From Tubulanus polymorphus (taxonomy: Eukaryota; Animalia; Nemertea), in contig NC_134031.1 of assembly GCF_964204645.1 (NCBI RefSeq), positions 20,715,910-20,779,909 of the forward strand: a DNA stretch of 64,000 nt, in the 5' to 3' direction. Every line of letters starts with the position of its first letter. Positions within the stretch are counted from its first letter, which is position 1. This document shows positions 53,215-64,000 of this stretch, piece by piece. The notes beneath the pieces were generated by a model. That model ran no database searches and had not been told where the DNA came from. It was given only the letters and a program-made list of their open reading frames with translations. The translations under genes were made by a program, and so were the position numbers.

Positions 53215-54050
53215 AAATTTAGTAATAAATCGATAGTATAAGTACACCAGAGGTAGTTTATTCAAAACTCTGTGTAAACATGTATTCAAATCGTACAAAC
53301 AATGTGGCGTTTTTCTCTCGGAATTTGGTTACTTTTGGACGGTGAATTGGTAGATCTTTCGAAGGTACTTAATCACTACGTTTGTTTTGTATAATCCGAG
53401 CCTGTGGATCGATGTATTAGGAAATAATAATCATATTCAAATAATAATCACATTCATTAAATCAATAATTTCACAGTTCCTGGTCCTATCACTGAACTAT
53501 GGTTGAACCCTGACTAGAATTATAATTATTTGAACTTGTTACAACCTTCAGGTTTGGCGTCGCCAATTTCATGAATCACTTCTTATATCAGATTAGCAAG
53601 GAATTTTCACATTAGTTCCGGGTGCTAGCAATTATTGCTTTCTCAGAAACTAGTTAAATTAGATAAATCATTCTTGAAAAAAGGCAAGGTCAAAGAGTTG
53701 CTGTTACCATAATTAGTATTTAGGCTTTATACGTTCGCGTGACGTGGGATTTTTGCGAGTGGATATATAAGGAGGGTCCCTGAAATCTAGATAGACACCG
53801 GAAGACGAGACGGACAGCGAGAAAACATCCCCTATTAACTGGAGAAGATTCTTCCGACTATCATTTCTATCACTGGTACACAAATCGATTGAATGAATAT
53901 GATTGTCAATATATTATTTGTATATGATTATCATTTCCTAATACATGTAACGGAATGGGCCTTATTCTATCAACTATTTGATTATTTTTTGTCCGATACG
54001 CCCATCTATTTCAGTGAACCATTTTACGCTGTGACCATTGCAACTAGATA

Positions 54051-55504
54051 ATGGAATACAGAAGGTTTGAAAATAAGGACCACGTAGCTAGATACGTGAA
54101 GGCACGATTCACGTACCCGCAGGATCTAAAAGAAGCCATTTTGGAGTTCCTCACAGAATCGGTAAGTTAATTGTCGTAGAGCGATTAAAACTTGAAAAAT
54201 GAGAAACGATTTATTTCACTTTATCTTAGTGCTTTTGAACTTAATTCTTGCTGTCGTGCATTCATACATTGTGTGAAGCAAATGACCGTGCTATAAGCCA
54301 ACATGTATCTATGTTAATTCGATAGTTTGATTATTGTTTTGATAATGTAGAATCTTAGTCCACCTTACGGCCAGTTGGTTGATGTCGGTTGTGGGTCTGG
54401 ACAAAGCACGCCGCTTTTCGCTGATCAGTTCAAAACACTGATTGGCGTTGATTACAGTGAGGCTCAAATTGCCGAAGCGCAAAAACGAAACGAACTTCAA
54501 AATGTAACCTACCTGTAAGTAGATAATATTCTATCAATTGCAAAAAAACATTTATTTGTTAAATAGAAAACTTCAGGATTCAGGACTGATATAGACCTTA
54601 TCGTTCCCGAATTATTTTGCAGTGTTCAGGACGCTTATTCCTTGCCGATAGAAGACTCGTCTACGGATTTAGTAACATGTGCTGCTTCCATTCATTGGTT
54701 CGATCTTCCACGGTTTTACGAAGAAGTCAGAAGGATCCTAAAGCCAGGAGGTGTGCTAGCCGCCTGGTCGTATAGATACCCGGATGTAGAGTATGAAGGT
54801 CATCCCGAAGCTTCGGAACGTGCAAGCGATGTTTACAAACGTGTAAGGAGACGGCTTCGTCAACAATTTCCGACTAAACCATTCTATAGAATATTTCATA
54901 CTCCTATGGCCACTTTCTTTGTTTTCAGGTGTTCACAAAGGAATTGGTTGAAGGGGGCTGGAGGGCACGGGTAGCTACCACTTGTGATCGGCTATATGTT
55001 GACATGCCGGCGTGTTTTCCGGGATCAGAAAAAAGGTACAGCGGTTGAGTTCATACCTCATAGATATCTGTATAATCTTTGAATCATCGAATGTGACACT
55101 GAGTGCTTGTAATGACTCTTGAAAGATTTAAAACGATATGTATTTTGAAGTTATGTAAGTAATATCTTCCTAGGTTTTCATGCAGTTTAAATTCGAAGCG
55201 AACACTGGAAGAACATATGTTGTTATTCAGTACTTTTTCAAGCTACCAGAAACTCCACGAAGCTCACCCGAATTGGGACTATCTTGGCGAATTAAAACAG
55301 AGGTATGATACAGCCGATAAATATACATATGTACCTTAGATTATAGTATCCTAATTTGAACCGTACATCAACGTACCTTAGATTATGCCTATTTCAATGT
55401 CTTCTTTTAGATTTTTAGATGCATTGGGAAATCCCGATACAGGTGGAAGTACTCGCCTCACTATGAGATATCCAATATTCATGTTCATGTCTCGGAAATC
55501 ATAG
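54051..55504 (+). CDS. SAM-dependent methyltransferase copy E, 274 aa, 6 exons
   Basis: Exons 54051-54161, 54351-54514, 54623-54842, 54929-55035, 55174-55302, 55411-55504. Confidence 0.92.
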
Positions 55505-55630
55505 ACTGTGATTAATCCTTTAAGATTGTTGGCAATAAATCAGTAGGATAATAACATCAGTAGCACGTTTAATTTTTAGTTTCATTTTATATGTATATGC
55601 GGTTTGCCAATTACTGAAATTCCCCTAATT

Positions 55631-57876
55631 TCAGATTTTCCTGCTCAATAAACCATGAATCGGGAATCGTATCAAGAGCTTCGTGTCCCCGGCTGTTTCC
55701 GGAAAATTTAAAGCCTCGAGAAGAAGTTCTTTGGTCTCTGCAGAGATGTCCCTGTCGGGATATTTTGCCTTCAATATATCGTACGATGATAGGGTACTCG
55801 TGTAGAAAACAAGCTCGTTCACGGACCAAATCATTTCAACCGCTGTCTCAAATCTAAAAGAAATAATATCTAAAAATCAAATAAACTACTTATAAGTCTT
55901 TACATTCAGATGAAGTTGTGGTGTATGAAATAGCTCCATATACATCTGTACATATCACAAACCTTTTTTCATTTTGGAAACATGGTGGCGTTCCGGCCAT
56001 GCAGTTGTCATTTTTTGGTGGAGGTCCGATATGCCCGTCTATCTCACTGAACCAGTCATCAATCAACTTAAGCAAAATGGGACAATAGGAATGAAACACA
56101 TTCACCATTGTGAATTACAGTAATGTTACTAAGAATGTCTTACTTTCTTACAGACATCAGTAATCGCGTTAGTATTATCTGGAGTCTGGTCGTAGTGTAC
56201 AGTAAAGTATCGGTAATTCCATACAGCCAGGAGTCCTCCAGGTTTTAATATCCTGCGAACCTCCGCGTAGAATTTCTGTAAATCAAACCAGTGCAATGCT
56301 ACTGAAACTATAACAAGGTCTGTAGATTCATCTTTCATCGGTAGCGACGTCGAATCACCAATTCTAAAAGATAAAGTGACACGCGTGAATGCCTATATAT
56401 CACCGTTCAGTCATGTGCTTTTTACACGATGACTTTGTTTTGATAAACATGATCCAAGTAGTTTCTACATCCCCACTTTTAGGATTAGGCTCTGTTTTCA
56501 TCTCTAAGCCCCACGTTGGTGACTTTTCGATCCGATTGGTTCGTCAGCACAACTATTTGTAAGGAGGTCCATAGGAATTCTAATACTTTATTACGGATCA
56601 AACTTACTATGATATTTACATCTAAATAGACTAAACGGGTAACGGGTAATTCATAGATCACGGCTGACCAAATTGCAAGGCCGTTACAAACATTACTCGC
56701 AGCCGACTCGGAGAGGACTACAGAACCGAACCCTACAACGTTCTGGTGCACTCCTGGACCGAGTCGGAGGAGTCTCGGGGTTGTAAAGCTACCGACTCGG
56801 CGTTAGTGTATATTATTGTTCTTCATTACATTTAAGTAGATGGGGTTATAACATTCTGTGACGAAGTAGGCTATAAGACTTGTAAACTCAAAAGGGAAAC
56901 ATGGTGCACTTAACAGGGCGTGTACACATGGTGCACTTAACAGGGCGCGTACACATGGTGCACTTAACAGGGCGTTTACACATGGTGCACTTAACAGGGC
57001 GTGTACACGTGGTGCACTTAACAGGGCGCGTACACATGGTGCACTTAACAGGGCGTTTACACATGGTGCACTTAACAGGGCGTTTACACATGGTGTAGTG
57101 CGTACTCAGGTCGCGCCCTTTTTAATCCTCTACGTACGGAACTTCTTTAAATATATAATCCAAAAAATATATATTTAAAACTTCCCGTGAAGGAAATGTT
57201 ATCTGAATCACCTATACTCTATATTCTCGTGTATGTTTCGTCTTGTCGCTTCTTCTATCTGCGCCTGGCTACAATCTACGCCTATCAGAGTTTGGAAATG
57301 ATCAGCGAATAGCGGTGTACTCTGTCCGGACCCGCAGCCGACATCAATCAACTGACCAAACGGTGGACGATATCTCTAAATGCATGATACAAACAATATT
57401 TCAAGTATTTGTAAGTTTAGTTCTGGAATGAGCTGAAGGACCAACAACTGGGGATTCTAACGATTCCCCTTCAAAGCTGTTTCGCTCTTTTATCACTAAA
57501 TTTTCTTTCTCACTGAGAACTACGTAATACATGAAATAAACGTTTTTTGCGCCATAAAATAGCTCGAAATGCTTGAAAAATGTGTTTCAAAATTTGGCTA
57601 AAGCATCCCGCAAATCTCTCCTGCCGATCGACTGGAACTTCCTCCAGCGCTAGTGTTCCGGTTATTGCCGATTTCAACCTACACGCTGAAATACCGCTGG
57701 CGAAGCCGATGTCGTTGCATGGTAGAATCATTCGTACATGGATGGCCTTGAAAAACACTCACCGAATCCTTTTTGAGATAATCTAAAATGATGTCTCTGA
57801 GATCGTGTGGATATGAAAATCGACTTTTCACGTATCTTGAAACTAATTCTTTGTCGTCAAACCTGCGGGTCGTCAT
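55631..57876 (-). CDS. SAM-dependent methyltransferase copy F, 274 aa, 5 exons
   Basis: Exons 57763-57876, 57212-57375, 56144-56363 (ALHWFD..LKPGG), 55963-56066, 55631-55853. Confidence 0.9.
56899..57095. repeat. 27-bp minisatellite, ~7 copies, in intron 2 of copy F
   Basis: Unit ACATGGTGCACTTAACAGGGCGTGTAC; explains the MVHLTGRVH and CTMCKRPVK pseudo-ORFs. Confidence 0.95.
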
Positions 57877-58585
57877 TTTGCATCATAGACAGTGTGTGGC
57901 GCTGTGACGACGAGATCACCCTGCGACTCCTTGTATATATATGTATATACAGAAAACCTCGCGCGCGTCACATACTGAACTCCCTACTTGTCAACAGGTG
58001 TTCTTGTTAAAAATAATATGTCGGTCATTCACACACTATTACAATGCTTGCGAGTGATTCTATTTCGCCAAATCATTTTAACAGGTTTCGTCATTTTTTC
58101 ATCAAATCGTCAAGCTGCATTGACGAAATTGACAAAATCGTTTGGGTTTTTCTAAGGCACTACAGACCTCCGGGGGCCTGTTAGAAAATACACGATTCAC
58201 ATGTATGTTCGGGCGCGGGCGTCAGCGGGCGTAGGACAGTGTGAATTTCTATATAGGCAGCTTCAATTGAACGCTTTAATTTGGAAATTTCATCGCCGAG
58301 TATATTTGTAAACCTCGCTGAAATTCACACATAATGGAATGCAGTATGGAAGAAATATATATTATCATTATATCATATTATTACAATATTATTATTGTAT
58401 TTTATTATTACGTGAATTGCAAGAATGTTTTCCTACGCTGCGCAGTCGTCGAGTTAGAGCTTTTCCACGTTCTTAATATCATTGACTTAATAGAAGCATA
58501 AATTGATACAATTTTTTATGTTCGTTTCAAAGTTATTTAATCGATCACGTGACCAACTGAAAATTCGTACAAAAATGAATACTAG

Positions 58586-60738
58586 CTAAGATTTTCTAGA
58601 CATGAACATGAATATAGGATTTTTTATGATGAGCTGCGTCTCTCCGGCAGAATTCGGATTTCCTAATGCGTCCAATAATCTGAAAAAAAATTGGATGAGA
58701 AATTTTGATGGATTTACGAGTTGATAGGAGTACCCATTTAAACAATGAAGCAATTCCAATTTGGTGGCAAGAAAATAGTTAAGCATTTGACAGTGTTAAT
58801 GCAGATCGCTTTTAGAATATTCCTCAACCTCTGCAATATGTGTATAGGCCTATTTGAATTTTACACGATCGCGTGATCCTTCTTTTCGTCCATACTCCTC
58901 TCAACAATACGCACCTTTGTTTCAATTCATTCATGTAGTCCCAATCTGGATGGGCTTCTTTGATCTTCTGGAAACCCGAATGGGTACTGACTAGCAGCAG
59001 ATATTCGTCCAACGTTCGCCTCAAATCTAATCTAGTTAGAAATCTATCAAGAAAAGAAAAGGAGGATAAGAAAAGGATTTTCGTTTCACAAGCAGAGAAT
59101 GATGTCAATCGAAGCGGAGCTGAGGAGAAATATAACCCACTATAATAAAAGACGATTGTTTGATGACAAAAATGATTCAGTTTTTAGAAGATTTTGCGAC
59201 ATGATCGGTCTTTAAACCTATATTTCATCATTCAAAAGTTATAACGATCTCTTTGTCCGTTGTCGATATGGTCGAAATACAAATGAAGTTTATATTTTCT
59301 ACTCGCCCAGAATGAACGATGATAAGATGAAACGGTGTCAATCTCACGTACCTTTTCTCGGATCCGGTGAAACACACCGGCAAGTCGGCATAATGCCGAT
59401 CACAAACAGTTGCTATCTGTGGCCTCCAACCATTTTCAATCCATTCCTTAGCGTACACCTGAAACAAAAAATCATGAAGTGTCACATATATTGGCAAAAG
59501 ATATTTCAGAAATGACTCAAAATTCCCCAGCGCCAGGTTTTATAGACTGGTATTATCTTTAACCTAGGGGTTAACTCAATTGAAAATGAATCGAGTTAGT
59601 CCTTGATCAAAGTTTAAACCAGCCTATAAAACCGGACCCAGTATTACTTGTTTGATAACTTCACTCGCTCGTTCAGAGGCTTCAGGATGACCTTCATACT
59701 CGATATCCGGGTATTTATACCCCCAGATGGCGACGACACCACCCGGTTTTAAGATTCTTCGAACTTCTTCGTAGAATTTCGGTAAATCGAACCAATGAGC
59801 CGCCATGGCACTAGTAACCAAATCAGTGGACGAATCTTTTACTGGTAACGAATAGGCATCTTTTACTCTGTAAATGCGAAATTCAACTTTGACTGAAACT
59901 GATATAGAAAATCTACAAATCCGAACATTTCTGTTTTTTTCTCAATTAGCTTCTGATAAATCATTTCACTTACTGATAAGTTATGTTTTGGTGTTGGTTG
60001 CGTTTTTTTGCCTCATCGATTTGGGCTGGACTTGGATCAACACCAATCAGAGTTTGAAACTGATCTACGAAAAGAGGGGTGCTCTGTCCAGATCCACAAC
60101 CGACGTCAACCAGCTGGCCAAACGGTGGACTCATTTTCTATTCCAAAATACCAAACAGATTGTTTAGATATCTTGGGTTATCAGTTTTACTGTTGAATAT
60201 ATAGGTCGGAATATATAGGGTGAGGCTTCTATTATACATCTTGATCATTTAAATTTGATATGTTCATAGACTCCTGAATCTGAATATAATTTCAAAAGGC
60301 GCCACTCTACGAGCTGAAACTGATGGATCCTGCTAGGAACCTCTAGTATGGCTTCATTCAGATATAATTATTGAACGGAACATTTTTCCCGCGCGAGTAG
60401 AAACATTGACTAGCAAGTGGCGCCACTCAGTAGGCTAGACTGGGGCGTACTCGTTTATGACCTCCGAAGTCTCCGTCCGAAAACTCCAGTTTGCTGCACA
60501 CAAATTCCGAATCACACCACCTCGACGGAAAGGACGTTTCGGACCCTCAAAATGGTCAGGTGACCAGCAATAGATTACGATTGGCGGCAAACGGATTCTC
60601 CGATCAGATAGAAGTGATAAAACTCACCGATCCGGCTAGGAATTCTAATACGGCTTCTTTGAGCTCCTGTGGGTACGAGAAACGAGCCTTCGCGTATCTA
60701 GCTACGTGGTCCTTATCCTCAAACCTTCGGTATTCCAT
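58586..60738 (-). CDS. SAM-dependent methyltransferase copy G, 274 aa (up to 306 aa from upstream in-frame ATG at 60834), 6 exons
   Basis: Exons 60628-60738, 59974-60137, 59648-59867, 59352-59458, 58915-59043, 58586-58679. Confidence 0.92.
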
Positions 60739-61449
60739 ATCGTTGCTATAATAACGGTTAAGCTGCGAAGTGTGTAGCACCGTGGCGAACCTGGCTATTC
60801 TTATCATGGAAGTCATGTGCCTTTGTGGTGACATTTTACTTCCGTATTTTCCAAGCAGTCCCGTTACCAGGATGAGCGGTAAATTCAAAATGCGAATTGG
60901 GCTGGTTATTGTAGGGGCCAAAGCTACGTGACAAATTCAATAGAATTTCACCTAATTTAGGCCAACGGCTATTTCATTTTACTAAGATCTGTAGAGAGTG
61001 AAGGAATTTTACAATATTTTGTCGATAGGTCTCCAATGCCTGCTACCCAGAATATATGCGATATTATCCGGATGGAGGACTTCCTGCTGTTGTCCTTGTG
61101 TTACAAGAATCCAATAAGAACAAAGTAGTTGAATTAAACAAATAAAATATATTCTATATATTTCTTTAACTTTACATAACTTATACGTATACATGTGTAC
61201 TCCGATTTGACACTTGCATTATGGAGAAGGATATACAAATTGAGTCTGAATTCAGTCGTTGTCGGCTCCGGTAACCAACCCTCAACCGACATAAACCCAG
61301 GTCGGAATCGTTCATTCGTCGATTGATATTGAGAAGAGTCCATCCACTCAATGGGCGACTGTGGTTTATGTTGACCGGTGGTGCGTACCTACTCAACCGA
61401 AGCCTATAGTCGTCGCGTGATGGCTATCTCGTCTATTTTTATAGTTCAA

Positions 61450-61574
61450 GAGCCCGTTCCATAATCGCGGTCTTAAATCTTGACTCTGGTCTTAAGTTCG
61501 CAGATTGGCTATAGAACTAAGTTGGTCTTAGACCGGTCTTAAGTCCCAGCCCTGCCTATGAAATCGGTCCCTGA
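61450..61574. mobile_element. Short MITE family rich in (GG)TCTTAA motifs (related at ~28590-28712 and 63889-63993)
   Basis: 28590-28712 aligns in reverse orientation (TAAGACCAGTCTAAGACCTACTTAGTT); 63889-63993 has ends CAGGGCCCAATTGCA / TGCAACTGGTCCCTG. Confidence 0.6.
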
Positions 61575-61655
61575 ATACTAATGATAAGTTGATGAAATTT
61601 ATATTTTATGTATACAGCCAACTGGGAATTGCAGTTCATGCAATAATAATACTCG

Positions 61656-61747
61656 CTACGATTTTCTAGACATGAAAATGAATATAGGATTTTTGATGAT
61701 GAGCCGCGTCTCTCCGGCAGATGTCAGACTTCCTTATGCGTGCAATA
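61656..61747 (-). pseudogene. Orphan decayed last exon of an eighth methyltransferase copy (H)
   Basis: Aligns to copy G exon 6 (SAGETRLIIKNPIFIFMSRKS*) but has a 2-nt deletion after the acceptor and a TTA>TAA nonsense change; no upstream exons were recognised. Confidence 0.8.
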
Positions 61748-62740
61748 CTGAAAATTACGATTACATCATTACTTTTAGATAAACATGTCTCCTTTAAACG
61801 ATTAACATATAAAAAAGAAATGGTTTTAAAGGCAAACTCTATTAGAAATTAACCGTTTTCTCTTCTGGTTATAACATTTGATACATAGATTTCCGCTTAA
61901 TATAAGTCGGTATCCAGTGGGTAATCTTAATATAATATATCACGCTACAATCTTCAAGAAATTCTTCCGCTGCCTTAATCCCCCTAATACAACATTTTCC
62001 GCATGGGTGACACCCTGCAGGTCACTCAGATCGAGGTGAATTGCTTCCAAGCTCCGTTAGCTTGCAAACGTGGGTTGTAAGATTGGCCCCAGCAGATTTC
62101 CCATTGCGGTACTGCATCATATTGAATGGCATTTAAAACAGATATTTTCTCACCAACAGTCGAGTTAACCGAGTCTGGAAAATGCTCATTCCTAAAAATG
62201 GTTTAAAGTGGCTCAAAATTCTCATTATGTCATTGAAAGTTTGATGGACGTAATGTAGAATGTTTACTCATAGAATAAAAGGCGACTCGACGTACTCACT
62301 ATAACCAACCATACGACAAATATATACACCTCTCTAGTGACATGACATAGGTTTTGTAATCATTTCTGTAAACGGATGTCGATTAAGTTATTCTTGCTGT
62401 ACATCGAACACACACACACATAATGCATCTCTATAACTTCAATTAAAACAAGTGGGATTTATAGGATCGAGGGGCCGATTAACTGTCGCATTATTAACTA
62501 CCTATCTGCAAAATGTCAACCATGTGACAATAACATATTCATTTTCGCTAGCGTTTGAATTCATCTAATTTTCTACGTACATCTGTTACTGTTCGATATG
62601 AAATAATTTGGTCGCCGTTTCGCAATATCGAGTTTAGAAGTAAAAACATCGATGGTGATTTGAGCGGGTAATAATTCATTCAACTTCCGCCCCTCCCCCT
62701 AACCCCCCCCCCCCCCTCCCCGTAATTAGTGCTACCGGTA

Positions 62741-62874
62741 AAGCCCAACGCGCAGAGAAACACGTAAACAGGAGACAGAGACATGTTTCCGAGCGTTTAC
62801 CCGTGTGTTGTGCGAAACATGGTTTCTGGAAGGGTGTTTCTGCGTTTCTCCGCGTCGTGCCGTTCGTTGGGCTT
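62741..62874. mobile_element. Short MITE with TA duplication
   Basis: Ends AAGCCCAACG ... CGTTGGGCTT; internal AAACAGGAGACAGARACATGTTTCCGAGC also occurs at ~13123-13151. Confidence 0.65.
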
Positions 62875-64000
62875 TACTATGAATTCATAGTATACATCCC
62901 TGACAAAAGAAATGTGTCAACATAAAATCTGTTGTTGGCTACTTTTGGTAAAAATGCCGTCATTTATATCAGCAGATGTGTGTACACAGAAATATACATC
63001 AAATCCCTAACGACGTTCAATTTCCCGGTATATAAGAAATCTATTCTGCGGGTCGTTGCTCCATACATCATCGCGCTTAACCATTCTCGATACGAGCTAA
63101 ATGTGATTATAGCGCCGCATTTTGAGGCGGTCTTGTTTTCGCAGCTTTGCCGCCAAATCGCACGCACCAGCTCCCGTCCTAATGAAATAAATCAGTCGTT
63201 CTTTACGTGCGTGACCTTGACGTCGTTCCGCTGTGACCTTGTCGGCGTTCTAAGCTGTCAAGCACTGATGTCCATACACAGTTCTTGGATTTCGAAAGGC
63301 ACAAGAATTGCGTTTGGACAATCACCACCAACAACCTTTTATTTCAAACACGGCTCCGTAACGCCTGAAAACAGACAGAGAGAGAATGCTATCAATATTT
63401 CACTATCGAGTTCCAGAGAAAATCGATAGTATTGCGCTGAAATAGAATCCGCATTTTTGTAGAAATCCGGAGACGTTTGTTGATATTCGCGTACAACCTT
63501 CAACCGTTCAGGCGGTAGTTCGACTGAATAGGGTTAAAGTTTTAACGCGCGACGATTTATGCAAAACCAACCCGACTAGAACCAAACACATGTTACCAGT
63601 AAATATATTATTGGATGTGATGACTATTCATCATAAAAACCGCTTTGAAAATATGTTACCTGCATATGCATACGTAGATATATATACTTCTCTATAAGGC
63701 TATATTTCAAACATTAATATCCATTAGTATTATAATGATTAACTCAACAGTTATCGTAAATAGAACTCTTCATTTTAATAATGTAAAAGGTTGTACAGTA
63801 TAGACTCTATGAAATACATATTATCCAACTCCCCCAAGGTGAACGCGTTTTACTGCCCAAAACGTCCGACCTGAGCGGACGCAGTCTGCAGGGCCCAATT
63901 GCACAATCGTGGCTTAAGTCCAAAACGAGATCTTAAACCATGACTGCTAAAGTTGATCTCAGACAGGGGTCTAGACTATGCAACTGGTCCCTGTACGATA

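Noticed and set aside
56888-57098. CxxC-repeat ORF resembling a metallothionein or zinc finger
   Set aside because: 27-bp intronic minisatellite of copy F read in frame.
41938-60738. Recent horizontal transfer of bacterial methyltransferases
   Set aside because: All copies have conserved spliceosomal introns and host-like composition, and the family is widespread in eukaryotes.

Overview
This is AT-rich, intron-containing eukaryotic (invertebrate animal) genomic DNA; no prokaryotic features such as CRISPR arrays or operons were found. By hand-splicing at GT-AG junctions with consistent phases I reconstructed four things. (1) A RalGDS/RGL-family Ral-GEF gene on the minus strand (2131-30207), with long MITE- and minisatellite-rich introns, two candidate alternative first exons and a candidate Cys-rich microexon. 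(2) POFUT1 (31464-34790, -) and SIRT4 (37603-39598, -). (3) Three class A GPCRs with intronless CDSs, FMRFamide-receptor-like/orphan type (36228+, 40552+, 49789-). (4) A ~20 kb array of seven intact paralogous class I SAM-dependent small-molecule methyltransferases (Methyltransf_11, TMT1/DDB_G0268948-like; 41938-60738), plus decayed exon copies. The methyltransferase array is the best candidate for an undescribed system. It is interdigitated with the orphan GPCRs and contains a relic copy of one of them. It also shows exon-by-exon mosaicism, an intron present in some copies and absent in others, a hypervariable exon, one copy that has lost a conserved HW motif, and one copy with a possible mitochondrial presequence. 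Repeats include several MITE families, a tRNA-derived SINE head, Penelope-like hammerhead-like relics, possible DIRS relics at two promoters, and mini/microsatellites. Family assignments come from recognised motifs, not from database searches.
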